IMG/VR virus record: IMGVR_UViG_3300031999_001882
Coordinates: 80,308 to 144,307 of that record
Length of the DNA stretch: 64,000 nucleotides
Reading direction: 5' to 3' (one strand)
From: a virus
A program made the translations under genes and the position numbers. Of the stretch, positions 19,983 to 29,587 are shown piece by piece. Position 1 is the stretch's first letter; each line of letters begins with the position of its first letter. The notes under the pieces were generated by a model that was not told where the DNA came from, did no database searches, and saw nothing but the letters and a program-made list of their open reading frames with translations.

Positions 19983-20984
19983 TTACACGATGTCTAGTTC
20001 AACCACGCCAGCCGTGTTATGGATTCCCATTCCGATCTGTTCCCAGCCGTAGATGTCATACTGACCTTGAGGGACGTTATCGAAGATTTTGACTTCGACT
20101 TTCTTCCGCTCAGGTAGACGGCCAAGTTTGTCAGGGGTGGTAACCACGAACACTTTGTTGACAGGGTTGCGTGTGCTAACGATCAACTTCATCCCGAAGA
20201 TCGACCCAAAATATCCCGTTTCAACGACAGTGTTCAGGGTGACCTGATCTATGTCATTGGAGGGGAATTTCAGGAGGTCTGAGTAGTTCTTAGGGTTCAT
20301 CAGAACCGTGGAAGCGATGAGCTGATTCTGCGTGATGCTCCCCACCATGTCGGCCAATACGGTCTTGGTGACCGCGCTGGACGAGAATGGCGTATTCGGC
20401 GAAACTGCACTCGCCGCTTGGAGCACTCGATAGAATTCGTCATCCTCGGCAATCGCCATCGCAATCGCTACGCGCTCTTTAGCGCGGTCGAAGATTGGAT
20501 AACGACGGATTTGGATGTCCTCATACTTCACGACTTCATCAATCCCTAGAACGAACGTCGGGAATTGCACGCGACGAACATTCGTTTCAAACGTGGTCGG
20601 TGAACCCAAAGCGGCCAACTTCACCGCTCCGAATTCAGGGATGTCCACGTCATAGATCGGAAAATCTCCCTGTGGCATTTCATCCACAAGCAGAACTTTC
20701 CGGTCCACCGAAACGTAGTCCAAACGAGTTTTCAAGGGCAACTGCATGGAGTACGCCAACCGCCTGAACCCGTTAGGGCCAGACAGGATTTGCGACAGCG
20801 CATCTTCCATTTGCTGTGGCGGGACGGTCGGAAGGAGAGGCGCATTACCCGCAGAGCGAGCAAAGCCACCTGTTCCAAGCTGACCCGAACCGCCAACAGT
20901 ATTCGCCGCTTTCAGAATTTGCGCGATGAAGCGATCCTTCTGAACTGGCGATAAATCACCCATCAGGTTTTGTCCCGGTAGCAT
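19983..20984 (-). CDS. Major capsid protein (HK97 fold)
   Basis: 333 aa; position after protease/scaffold/decoration; AIAEDDEF helix, VLMNP..YSDL, GSIFGMKLIVS, WEQIGMGI.N..GV. Confidence 0.85.
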   Translation of the reverse strand: MLPGQNLMGDLSPVQKDRFIAQILKAANTVGGSGQLGTGGFARSAGNAPLLPTVPPQQMEDALSQILSGPNGFRRLAYSMQLPLKTRLDYVSVDRKVLLVDEMPQGDFPIYDVDIPEFGAVKLAALGSPTTFETNVRRVQFPTFVLGIDEVVKYEDIQIRRYPIFDRAKERVAIAMAIAEDDEFYRVLQAASAVSPNTPFSSSAVTKTVLADMVGSITQNQLIASTVLMNPKNYSDLLKFPSNDIDQVTLNTVVETGYFGSIFGMKLIVSTRNPVNKVFVVTTPDKLGRLPERKKVEVKIFDNVPQGQYDIYGWEQIGMGIHNTAGVVELDIV

Positions 20985-21017
20985 GATGTTTCTCCTGTTA
21001 GTTAAGTTCGTGTCCCG

Positions 21018-21488
21018 TTAAGCCAGTAACCCAAGACGAATTTCCATGTTTGGATTTGTGATCGTCGGGGGCACATTGACCCTACCAACAAAGTTGGTAA
21101 GACCATTAGCAACACCAGCATCGTTGGTGAGAAGGCCCGCCGAGGTTGCCCACAGCGTGTCATTCACCAAGTACGTCTTAGACGAGTCATACACATCCAC
21201 CGTGGTCGTGCCATTGACGGTCGAATAGAGAGACGGTGCTACGGTCACAATGCCTGCTTTGACGACATTGATTTTTCCAGACCCGAAAGCGCCAAACTCT
21301 CCATAGGTGTCATCACGATAAGAGTTCTTATCGTTTTTGGACAGACCATAAACAAGCGTGGAGGCAGAGGCGGCAACCACAGTAGCGGCAGAATCCAACG
21401 CGACAGCGCGGCCAGCATAGACCACGGCGGTTGCATTCGCTACTTTTGTGGAATCTTCCTCGACTCGACGATCCGTATTGATACTCAT
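21018..21488 (-). CDS. Capsid decoration / cement protein
   Basis: 156 aa beta-rich, AGRAV.L...YGL...GLLT, immediately upstream of MCP. Confidence 0.6.
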   Translation of the reverse strand: MSINTDRRVEEDSTKVANATAVVYAGRAVALDSAATVVAASASTLVYGLSKNDKNSYRDDTYGEFGAFGSGKINVVKAGIVTVAPSLYSTVNGTTTVDVYDSSKTYLVNDTLWATSAGLLTNDAGVANGLTNFVGRVNVPPTITNPNMEIRLGLLA

Positions 21489-21542
21489 GTTATGTTCCTC
21501 CGATTGGAGTTCGTTTTGGTACTGCGACTAACCTTTTTGAGA

Positions 21543-22598
21543 TTAGCCGCGATTCAGCGTGTCCTGAGTCCACAGATTCGAGAGACGTTCGACCGCGCTT
21601 CCCTGCGAGGTTTTTTCAGGACCAAGCACCACAGGGGGCACATCTCCTTCACCTTCGTCAAGACTGCTGAATGTTTCAACACCTTCGGGTTTCGGTAATC
21701 CTTCGGATTTCGGTAGTCCTGCACCAGAAACTTTTGACTGGACCTTTTCGATGACACTTTCCAGCGCGGCAAGCGCCTTGTCGTCAAGTTCGGCCAGTTC
21801 TTTGCGGCAAGCTTCAAGATCAGCTTCCTCGATACCGATTTCGGTCAGCTCATGGAGAATCGCGTCAATGGCGGTAGCCTTCTCCCTCTGAACTTCCTCC
21901 TCGGCTTTCTTCTGTAGCGCGGCCTTGGCTTCGGCGGCTTCCTTCTTTGCCGCTTCCACCGCTTTCAGGGCTTCGCCACGTTCATCGAGCGCTCTTTTCA
22001 GCAACTTCATGGGGCCGCTCAAATTTTTTGATTTGAGGTCAATGGCCTTGGTGGGTTCACCAACACCCGCCGGGTCCGGCAGACGATTGAAGAAGTCTTT
22101 GATCTTCCGGCCATGTCCCGGCACGGGAGAGATTTTGCCAGCCAAATCTCGATTGGCTTTGGCTTCTTCTTCGCTGACAGCTTCGGTCGGTCTTTCTTCC
22201 TTGCTGGCATCCTGCCGGGGCACTTCTTTTTCATTCAGCGCCCAATTCGCATAGTCAAAGTCCTTGTCGCCGGACGTGGCGATCTTTTTGAGTCCCGCTT
22301 TGACCACGGTCTTTTGCGCCGTCACCCATTTCAGGTAACCATCGAAGGTTCCACCACATTCCTTCTTAATCAGATCACAGATTTGTTCAGGTTCAATGAC
22401 CTCGGACTGCTTGCCCTTGACAATCAATTTCTGAATCTCAACGGGCACGACATCTGCGGCCTTCACGACCTTGAGCTTCCCGGCCCCTTCTCTTGCAAGG
22501 AAAAAGGAACGCAGGAACGAATCACGGGCGTTCGAGCCTTCACGAATCATGTATTTCAGCGAGAATTCCATTGTAGATAGCCTCCTATTGGCATTCAT
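21543..22598 (-). CDS. Putative scaffolding protein
   Basis: Charged coiled-coil C-terminal half; lies between protease and MCP. Confidence 0.55.
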   Translation of the reverse strand: MNANRRLSTMEFSLKYMIREGSNARDSFLRSFFLAREGAGKLKVVKAADVVPVEIQKLIVKGKQSEVIEPEQICDLIKKECGGTFDGYLKWVTAQKTVVKAGLKKIATSGDKDFDYANWALNEKEVPRQDASKEERPTEAVSEEEAKANRDLAGKISPVPGHGRKIKDFFNRLPDPAGVGEPTKAIDLKSKNLSGPMKLLKRALDERGEALKAVEAAKKEAAEAKAALQKKAEEEVQREKATAIDAILHELTEIGIEEADLEACRKELAELDDKALAALESVIEKVQSKVSGAGLPKSEGLPKPEGVETFSSLDEGEGDVPPVVLGPEKTSQGSAVERLSNLWTQDTLNRG

Positions 22599-24270
22599 AT
22601 TTCGGCGTTTCCGCCGTGTCAGATTTCCTATCTAAGCCCAGCGACTCCCGCCAATAGGCGATCTTCTGCGTTTCAGGCATCTCAGTTTTCGTGCGTTCGA
22701 GCAAGACTTGGGTCGCTTGTCCGCCCCGGTAGAGCCGGAGCAAATTGGTTTGTGCATCTGCCTTGAGAGTCAGGCCCGGTCCGATTTCGATGCCGATTTC
22801 TTCCGGCTTCGGCTGGATCACGGCATAGAGCGCCTTCAAATAGGCCCCTTGGCGCGTGTCGCCCTCAAGAGACTGCCGAACGGCCTTGTCCAAGAGAATG
22901 GTTGCCATGACCTGCGGACCATAGACCAGCTCCGGGGATACCATCGGCGGGCAGGCGGTTTCCGGCGGATTGGCGATCTCCTCCTGCATCCTCTGGACTT
23001 CCTGCTGGGCATCTTGGCGGTGCTCTTGGACAGCTTGGCTGACTTCGTTGATGATCGGAAGCTGGACTTGGGCCATCATCTCGGCCAACAGCACGTCCAC
23101 CTGCTTCATCACCTCTTGGGACACTAGCCCGTCGATCTTGTTCTTGATCGCGTCCTTGATCGTTTCGTCGATCTTGGTGGAAATGGGCTTGGTTTCTTCC
23201 TGAATCTGGTCCAAAAGCGGGGTTGGAGGCACTTCGCCCACCAGCGCATCGGCCTTTACCACCTTGGAAATGGGGGCGATATCCGCCGGGTTGAAGGAAG
23301 CCGGGCCACGGCGCTCTTTGCGGCGCTTTTCCACGAAATCCCCGCCCCCGGTCATGCTGGGGGCGGCATCCATGACCTTTTTGGGGTTGGCCGCGCCGCT
23401 ATCCACGGCGGGGTTGCCCTGAAAGGTCGAAGGCGACTGAGCGTTGAGCGCGGACTTATCCAGCGCAGAGCGGAGCGCCACGCGCTCCTCTGGCGACAGA
23501 TTGGACAGCGCCATGTCCAGCGTGCACTTCCCGTCCGGGCATCCGGCGGCCTTGGCCTTCCTGTTCTGGTACTGGACGGCATGGGTCAAAAGGTTCTTCT
23601 GGACCGAAGCAAACACTTCAAAGACGTGCGCCTCGATGTCGGCGGGCTGGGCCACGCCGGACAGCTCCGAGAAGGTCACTTTGCGGTTGATCTCATAGGC
23701 TTTGACCCCATCCGACTGCGTGCGGCCCTTGCAGTAGGTGGGCGACATAGGGTTCATATGGGCGCACAGCTCATGCTGGTTGCGGGCGATGTTGCGGCAG
23801 ATCGAGCACTCCGCTTCTTCCACGACGCATCCCATCGACACGCTGTTGAGGATTCCGGCTTCGATCTGGCGGGCGATGTCTTGATAAGCTTTCCGGTCTA
23901 CAGCGACAAGACACTCAATGTATTTGCCTTCGGGATACCACACCGAGTCCAAGATGATGCCCTTGGCCTTCTCGATGGAGTCCGAGTCATGCTCGATGTA
24001 GAAACCCTTGCCCACGAAGGACTTATAGGAAGCCTCAAGCTCTTTGTCCTCAAAGAAATCCCCGTTGCCATTGGCGATGTTGGCCGTGATCGAGCGAGCG
24101 CGGAAATAAACAAAATTATCGGGGTCATAGTCGAAGGCTTCCGCCGGGAGGAAATCGCTCTTTTTAAGGAGCGTGGATTTCTTCACGACTTCCTGCCATG
24201 TCCATGTCTTGTTGTCGTTCTGCTTTAAGATGTCCGAAATCTCGATGGTCGCTTTTCTGTAAAACATCAA
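22585..24270 (-). CDS. Prohead (capsid maturation) protease with C-terminal extension
   Basis: NGNGDFF, FVGK..YIEH, GIILD, SVSMGC, FSELSGVAQPAD: HK97/herpes-type protease motifs with CxxC...C.H insert. Confidence 0.8.
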   Translation of the reverse strand: MMFYRKATIEISDILKQNDNKTWTWQEVVKKSTLLKKSDFLPAEAFDYDPDNFVYFRARSITANIANGNGDFFEDKELEASYKSFVGKGFYIEHDSDSIEKAKGIILDSVWYPEGKYIECLVAVDRKAYQDIARQIEAGILNSVSMGCVVEEAECSICRNIARNQHELCAHMNPMSPTYCKGRTQSDGVKAYEINRKVTFSELSGVAQPADIEAHVFEVFASVQKNLLTHAVQYQNRKAKAAGCPDGKCTLDMALSNLSPEERVALRSALDKSALNAQSPSTFQGNPAVDSGAANPKKVMDAAPSMTGGGDFVEKRRKERRGPASFNPADIAPISKVVKADALVGEVPPTPLLDQIQEETKPISTKIDETIKDAIKNKIDGLVSQEVMKQVDVLLAEMMAQVQLPIINEVSQAVQEHRQDAQQEVQRMQEEIANPPETACPPMVSPELVYGPQVMATILLDKAVRQSLEGDTRQGAYLKALYAVIQPKPEEIGIEIGPGLTLKADAQTNLLRLYRGGQATQVLLERTKTEMPETQKIAYWRESLGLDRKSDTAETPKYECQ

Positions 24271-24515
24271 TGCCCCCCGTTTTTAGCGGCCAGCCGTTTG
24301 GCTTTCTGGCTGTCCCACGCATACTCACGACCGCATTCGCACCGCATCTCGCTCTTGCCGCCAATGAGTAAAAATCCGTTTGTCGCTTCCAGCACGCCAT
24401 GAGAGTATCGGCCCAACGACCTGCCGCACGGACAATTCACCACGGTCGCGTCATCCACCACAAAGGCCCCTTTGTGGGTGATGGGTTCCGGCGATCCTTG
24501 GCGCTGAAAGCTCAT
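24267..24515 (-). CDS. Small Zn-ribbon protein (start revised to MSFQRQG)
   Basis: CPCG...CECG; ATGA overlap with upstream stop. Confidence 0.55.
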   Translation of the reverse strand: MSFQRQGSPEPITHKGAFVVDDATVVNCPCGRSLGRYSHGVLEATNGFLLIGGKSEMRCECGREYAWDSQKAKRLAAKNGGH

Positions 24516-24730
24516 TTCTTTGTAAGCCTCTCCAAAAATCCTTCGGTCACTTGGCGCTCCGCCTCTTGCCACGCCCAATAAGTCGCCAAAGCTACTCGCT
24601 CCTGCTCTTTACTCGTCCGCTTCATTGCCCGCCGCACCAGCCGACTCAGCTCAAGCGTCGGCACTTTGAAAGCATCTTTGCCAGCCCGCACCTTGGCGAG
24701 TCCGTGGTCTGGCCGATCATCGCCGAACAT
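24512..24730 (-). CDS. Small hypothetical protein (start revised to MFGDD)
   Basis: ATG just after stop of 24735..25076; ATGA overlap downstream. Confidence 0.5.
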   Translation of the reverse strand: MFGDDRPDHGLAKVRAGKDAFKVPTLELSRLVRRAMKRTSKEQERVALATYWAWQEAERQVTEGFLERLTKK

Positions 24731-24734
24731 CGCA

Positions 24735-25076
24735 TCAATCGAGTGATGCAGAAACAGGCTGATCGCTGGGAGAAAAGCGCGGGGTACGCGAATTTGCACG
24801 CTGTCCCTTAGCACTTCTTTGGCTAAGAGCCGCGCTCTCTCGATGGGCTTCTTCGTCGATTTCGCGGAGGACTCTCTGTTGTTCTTGCTGGACATACCGA
24901 GCGATGTTCTCCCCGAAGCGTGCGATCCCATTGGACACTTCCCCAATCTCCCGATACAGCAATCCCATTTCTCGGTCATTAAGAACCCTCTTTAACTGCG
25001 CCAGCGCCCGATCCACCTGCGCCAGATAGTGCCCTGCGTCATTTTCAAATCCGTTTAACGATTCGAGATCGCTCAT
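24735..25076 (-). CDS. Hypothetical helical protein
   Basis: Starts 5 nt after portal stop. Confidence 0.55.
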   Translation of the reverse strand: MSDLESLNGFENDAGHYLAQVDRALAQLKRVLNDREMGLLYREIGEVSNGIARFGENIARYVQQEQQRVLREIDEEAHRESAALSQRSAKGQRANSRTPRFSPSDQPVSASLD

Positions 25077-25081
25077 TCAAG

Positions 25082-26962
25082 CTATACCGCCGGGCCTTCC
25101 GCGCCCGGAGTCACAGGTAACTTCTCTTTTTCTTCCGGTGCGCCAGCGCCCGGCTTGGCTTCTTCGGGCTTACCCGGAGGCGGCCCAAGGCTCGGACCCT
25201 TCATCGGTCCGCCGCCTGCGGGCGCTTTGGTATCCATCAAATCTTTGAGTGGCTTGGGGCGCGAAGGCTTTTCCTCGACAGGCTTGGAATCTTCCGATGC
25301 CTTTTCCTTCATGGCGATGTCTTTCAAGATGTCCTTCATCTTGTCGCCGCGCAGGAAGCGGTCGCGCAACTCTTTGTTCTGCTCATCCGTGAGATACGCC
25401 TTCTTGAGTTCCTGCCAATCAGGATCGAGGTAAGTGGCTTCCTCTGTCTCGAACTGCTTGGTGACGATCTTAGATGACAGCCCAAAGACATCGTTGATGA
25501 TCTCCTGCGGAATGCGGCCATCGGTTCGCATTCGGAGCAACATCTCCTGCTCCTGCGTGTTGTTGAGCAAATTGAGCTTCTGCCAAATGAAGGTCGGCAG
25601 ATAATAGCGGTCGTCCGGCACATTCTCTTTGAAGTTGTTGCGAACCTTGTGGTCGATCTCGGCCTTGGTTCGGCGGATGAGCTTCTGCTCACGGGCGATG
25701 GGCAGGAAAATCTTGTATTTGAAAATCTTTTCGATCTCGGCCCGCTCGGTGATATAGCGATGGAACAGCATTTTGAGGTTGACCGTCTGCCCGGCGTAGC
25801 TCGGCGCTTCGCCGCCCAACAGCGCTTCGTTGGCGAACAGCCCGGTCATAATGCGCTTGCCCACCCAATCGAACCACGGAATGAGGTTTTCAATCTTGTC
25901 CTTGGTCCCGACATAATCCACCTGCACGCCAAAGTGGTAGATGATGTTGTAGTCCGGGTCATTCGCCGCGCTGACCAAAAGCTGTTTGAACTTGTCAAAA
26001 TGCTTCTTCGACGGAATCCAGCCCTTCGCCTCGGAACCGAGCTTGAAAATCTTGATCGGGAACATATGCCGATCTACGAAGGTGTATTGGAGATACCGAA
26101 GCTTGTCCTCGAACAGCAAATCCTTGAGCACACGCTTGACCAAGGACAGGCCGCGCAGGGTGTATTTCGATGTCCGGTTAGCGAAGTGGATCACCCGGTT
26201 GGCATCGAGCATATAGGGTTTCCCCCGACCCACAGACTCCACGAAATGCTTAGGCATCAGGCCCACGATGGCCCGGTCCACCGGGTCATTGGAGCCGACG
26301 ACTTTCTGCAACTCAGGATCGGGCAGGAGGAAATAGGCGGCGGAGTTCGAGACATAGGTGCGCTTGATGTCGATGTATTCCGGTGGATACTGGTTCCACT
26401 CGGACCATTCGAGATTGTTCTTGTCCCACATCCCATACCACATCGACTCGCCCAAAAGATGCTTGTCACGGAGCATCCAGACCGCCATTTGCAGGAGGTC
26501 CAGCTTTTCCTTGATATAGTTGAACTTGGATTTTACGGATGGCTCATCGACATGAAGCTCGAAGTCGGAGAGCGGAAAGGTCGAATGGATGTCAATGATC
26601 GAGCCGACGTAAGGCTGAAATTTGTAGTAGTGACGTAGCCGCTTATTGACCTCTTTGAGATTGTCCTCTGGGAACAGGAGGAGAACGGTATCCCAAAGCG
26701 GATCAACATAGAGAAGCGGAGTGCGTACTGTGTCTTGGGTGGAGGAGGACTGAAACAACTGCTGAAAGTCAGCTTGGCGCTTAAAGCCTTTTCCGTCACC
26801 CAACTGGCCGCCGCGCCGTGTGCCTGTGCCATCGGCTTGCGCGATCTCCGCCAGAGCTTCGCCCGCCGACTCCAACAGCTCGGACTGCTGGGCAGAGCGA
26901 TGGAAGGCCCCGGAGAAGCCTACTGGCTCGAATGATTCGTCTGGATTACTATTTTTCGCCAT
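25082..26962 (-). CDS. Portal protein
   Basis: 626 aa upstream of protease; PYVGSIID.H..FPLS, LLGE, IHF......RG.SL helical pattern; Pro-rich tail. Confidence 0.8.
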   Translation of the reverse strand: MAKNSNPDESFEPVGFSGAFHRSAQQSELLESAGEALAEIAQADGTGTRRGGQLGDGKGFKRQADFQQLFQSSSTQDTVRTPLLYVDPLWDTVLLLFPEDNLKEVNKRLRHYYKFQPYVGSIIDIHSTFPLSDFELHVDEPSVKSKFNYIKEKLDLLQMAVWMLRDKHLLGESMWYGMWDKNNLEWSEWNQYPPEYIDIKRTYVSNSAAYFLLPDPELQKVVGSNDPVDRAIVGLMPKHFVESVGRGKPYMLDANRVIHFANRTSKYTLRGLSLVKRVLKDLLFEDKLRYLQYTFVDRHMFPIKIFKLGSEAKGWIPSKKHFDKFKQLLVSAANDPDYNIIYHFGVQVDYVGTKDKIENLIPWFDWVGKRIMTGLFANEALLGGEAPSYAGQTVNLKMLFHRYITERAEIEKIFKYKIFLPIAREQKLIRRTKAEIDHKVRNNFKENVPDDRYYLPTFIWQKLNLLNNTQEQEMLLRMRTDGRIPQEIINDVFGLSSKIVTKQFETEEATYLDPDWQELKKAYLTDEQNKELRDRFLRGDKMKDILKDIAMKEKASEDSKPVEEKPSRPKPLKDLMDTKAPAGGGPMKGPSLGPPPGKPEEAKPGAGAPEEKEKLPVTPGAEGPAV

Positions 26963-27371
26963 TACTGAACACGCCAGCCTTTTGTAATCGTTCGACTTCC
27001 TGCGCCTTGCTCGTCAGACCCGTCATCAAAAGAACCGTGATCTTCCGGCCTGCGTCCGCCTGCTCATTCCATAAGACTCGCAACTGCTCCTTGCGCTCAT
27101 CTTGGAACAGGTCAGTCATATACTCGTAAGGGACCGCGACCTGACTCCGCAATCCCGACTTGGCGAAGGCCACGAACACGAATTGAGTCTTGGGCACATC
27201 GTCAAAGAGTCTGAGCGCCCATCCGCCATCTACCAGCTTCATCAAATCCTGCAACTGGTTCACGATTTCCGGCAACGGCAACCTCGGTAAGTTAATGACA
27301 TCCACTCGATAACGCTCCCGCCCGCCCTGTATCATGGCGGCATCAGTTGAACAGAATTTCAAACCCGCCAT
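26949..27371 (-). CDS. Hypothetical protein
   Basis: ORF coupled to portal; true start probably later (MIQGG). Confidence 0.5.
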   Translation of the reverse strand: MAGLKFCSTDAAMIQGGRERYRVDVINLPRLPLPEIVNQLQDLMKLVDGGWALRLFDDVPKTQFVFVAFAKSGLRSQVAVPYEYMTDLFQDERKEQLRVLWNEQADAGRKITVLLMTGLTSKAQEVERLQKAGVFSNGEK

Positions 27372-27813
27372 ACGGCCCGCCGCGCCATTTCCCGGCCTGC
27401 CAGTCTCTTGCGCTCCACATCCCGATGGCGGTGTATTTCAGGAGGCCGCTTGTAATGACCCCGGACTGCGCCAAGGTCTTAAAGAAGTCCACCCGATCCA
27501 CCAGCAATTCCCCGGCATAAAGTCGAAGCCCGCCCATCGCCAATGCTCCGCTTGAATCACCCGTGATAGGCTTGACCGCGCCAAGGTCCGCCGAGATGTA
27601 GTATTTCTTGTAGAGGGTCGTTACGCCGCCCGCGAGCCATTGCCCTTGAGCGATGTCGTAGAACGATCCGGGTGTCAAGTTGTCGAGAACGTGATAAGTG
27701 TCGGCGATTCGGGCCACCCCGGTCGGAGTCGATGTGCTGAGCACCACCGGATCAGCCTGCGCCACACTACACAGCCCAGCCACCAAAGCCACGACGATCA
27801 TTTTCATTTTCAT
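27343..27813 (-). CDS. Secreted, outer-membrane-like beta protein
   Basis: Signal peptide MKMKMIVVALVAGLCSVAQA; aromatic/Gly beta strands; C-terminal ...YGGFEILFN. Confidence 0.55.
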   Translation of the reverse strand: MKMKMIVVALVAGLCSVAQADPVVLSTSTPTGVARIADTYHVLDNLTPGSFYDIAQGQWLAGGVTTLYKKYYISADLGAVKPITGDSSGALAMGGLRLYAGELLVDRVDFFKTLAQSGVITSGLLKYTAIGMWSARDWQAGKWRGGPYGGFEILFN

Positions 27814-27825
27814 GTTCGGGCCTCC

Positions 27826-28137
27826 TTAGCTCGCCATCTCTACACAGCCCTTATCCTTGCGGAAGTAGAACTGTGTGTTGCACGGAAACGTCTTGATGCC
27901 TTGTCCACGGCGCGGATCGAAAATCGTTCTCACCGCATGAGAAATCGACTTTTTACCATACACCTGCTCCGCGCTCATCTGAATGTCTGCGTAGCACTTC
28001 GGGCACGAAATGATGGCTTCCGGCCCGAATGAACCGTCTGTTTTTGTCATCCACGCCCATGTCCCAGACGGCATCGAGTCTTTGCGCCACCCTGCGAGGC
28101 CGATTGGCGCTCGCTGGATAGGAAAGACGGTCGGCAT
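27826..28137 (-). CDS. Hypothetical Zn-binding protein
   Basis: CPKC...H...C. Confidence 0.5.
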   Translation of the reverse strand: MPTVFPIQRAPIGLAGWRKDSMPSGTWAWMTKTDGSFGPEAIISCPKCYADIQMSAEQVYGKKSISHAVRTIFDPRRGQGIKTFPCNTQFYFRKDKGCVEMAS

Positions 28138-28488
28138 CTAGCGGAAATTGCCGCTTGCGCCGCTATTTTCGGTGGCCGGAGCCGCCGTATTGCCCAAATC
28201 GCCCGGAACTTTGGACGCGCCCGGATTGGTCGCATCCAGCAAGGACGGACCCCAAGAGTTCATTCCGCCATAAGCCGGAACCTGAACGCTCTTAGTCTGG
28301 TGCGTGATAACGCCCACGCCTGTGGGTTCGCCAATGACAGCACTCTCATTGAGCGTGTCGCGGGAAACCGCAACAGTCTTGACGGGAGCATCTGCCGCCA
28401 AAGGGATACCATTGCCTGCGCCCGGATATGACTGTTTGGGCGCGGGCGCTCCTGCCACCAATCCACCTGTGAAATCTAAATTAGCCAT
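28138..28488 (-). CDS. Small protein of the ESAVIG paralog family
   Basis: AAGGAGG RBS; TLNESAVIG motif. Confidence 0.6.
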   Translation of the reverse strand: MANLDFTGGLVAGAPAPKQSYPGAGNGIPLAADAPVKTVAVSRDTLNESAVIGEPTGVGVITHQTKSVQVPAYGGMNSWGPSLLDATNPGASKVPGDLGNTAAPATENSGASGNFR

Positions 28489-28511
28489 TGAATCCTCCTT
28501 TGATAGTTCTG

Positions 28512-28703
28512 TTACGACGCTGACTGTGCCGGGGTTTCCGGCGCGGCTGGCGCTTCTGCCGGAGCCACTTCGGGCGCTGTCTCCGCTACTGGCGCTTCAA
28601 CCGGGGCTGGCGCTTCGGGCGCTGTCTCCGGCACAACGGTCGGTTCGGCTGTCGGCGCTTCTGGTTTCACTTCTGGTTCGGGTACTGGCGTTTCATCGTT
28701 CAT
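28512..28703 (-). CDS. Pro/Glu/Ala low-complexity acidic peptide
   Basis: AGGAGG RBS; PETAPEAPAP repeats. Confidence 0.55.
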   Translation of the reverse strand: MNDETPVPEPEVKPEAPTAEPTVVPETAPEAPAPVEAPVAETAPEVAPAEAPAAPETPAQSAS

Positions 28704-28730
28704 GGTAGCCTCCTAAAAACAGTCACCCAA

Positions 28731-28793
28731 CAAAAAGGGGGCTGGCTCAGACCAACGACAACAAAATTCGTTATCGGTCTGGAACCAGCCCCC
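28731..28793 (-). terminator. Long-stem intrinsic terminator
   Basis: GGGGGCTGG..CAGACC..ACGA / TCGT.GGTCTG..CCAGCCCCC followed by TTTTTG on the minus strand. Confidence 0.65.
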
Positions 28794-28882
28794 AAAGGCT
28801 GTTGGGCTATGCTACGGCCAAGGTTTTGGGCCTTGTGCGCGGGGATCAGCCGCTACCGCAAAAACGACATGAAAAAGATCGG

Positions 28883-29176
28883 TTACTGTTGTTCTTCGGG
28901 CTTTACTACTGGCTTGTCCGAAGGAACTCTCATCAAGATGACTTTATCATCTATACGCAGGTCCGTAAATGGAACCTCGGCCTTGCCTCGAACACACATC
29001 ACGTCTTTGTCCACAGGAAACGTGAACAAGTCGCCGTCCTTATTCTGAATCGTGACGATTGACTTCTTGAAGTCGAGGGCTTTGACTTCGCCCCTGAATC
29101 TTGTCCATTGAATTTCGGTGGCCTGAGAAAGCGCCGGGATCGACACCATCAGCAAAAGAGCCGCTAAGCGCTTCAT
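28883..29176 (-). CDS. Secreted small OB-fold-like protein
   Basis: Signal peptide; G.V..LD....VTI......TF.V...L..DDKV pattern. Confidence 0.55.
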   Translation of the reverse strand: MKRLAALLLMVSIPALSQATEIQWTRFRGEVKALDFKKSIVTIQNKDGDLFTFPVDKDVMCVRGKAEVPFTDLRIDDKVILMRVPSDKPVVKPEEQQ

Positions 29177-29517
29177 GCGTCTTTCACCACGGCAAGCGTT
29201 TTCTCGGCTTCAACCGGAATCTGGCTCAGGCCCTTCACGTTGTTCACGCCGCCGCGAGTCTGTTCGACAGCAATGCTTTCAGGCGTGACGGTGATGGCTG
29301 GGTAAGGCGGAAGCTGGCCGATGGCGGTGGTATCGCGGAGCGTGTTGACGGTCTGAACTAAAATCCTGCTTTCGAGTTTCGGGGCTACGCTTCTCGGCGT
29401 AGCGGCTAAATTCTCATACGAAGGAGTGAATAAAATATCCAGCTTCGGCGCGTCTAAGGGTGCGGCTCTCTGTCCATCTAGGAAATATCCCATCTTAACC
29501 CTCCCTATGTATAGCAA
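29173..29517 (-). CDS. Small protein of the ESAVIG paralog family (likely start MGYF)
   Basis: IGQLPP.P.IT...RGGVN shared with 29588..29902. Confidence 0.6.
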   Translation of the reverse strand: MLYIGRVKMGYFLDGQRAAPLDAPKLDILFTPSYENLAATPRSVAPKLESRILVQTVNTLRDTTAIGQLPPYPAITVTPESIAVEQTRGGVNNVKGLSQIPVEAEKTLAVVKDA

Positions 29518-29587
29518 ATCGGGGATTGTCGCTCATCGAAAACGACAATCCCAAGTGGCGTGCAGGCGTTGAGGCTTAAATTTCTCA

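Noticed and set aside
24731-24979. N-terminal extension of ORF 24512..24979 as an overlapping gene
   Set aside because: A start at 24730 gives a normal non-overlapping, coupled arrangement.
27343-27813. Host assignment from secreted proteins
   Set aside because: The outer-membrane-like protein hints at a diderm host, but nothing supports a specific taxon.
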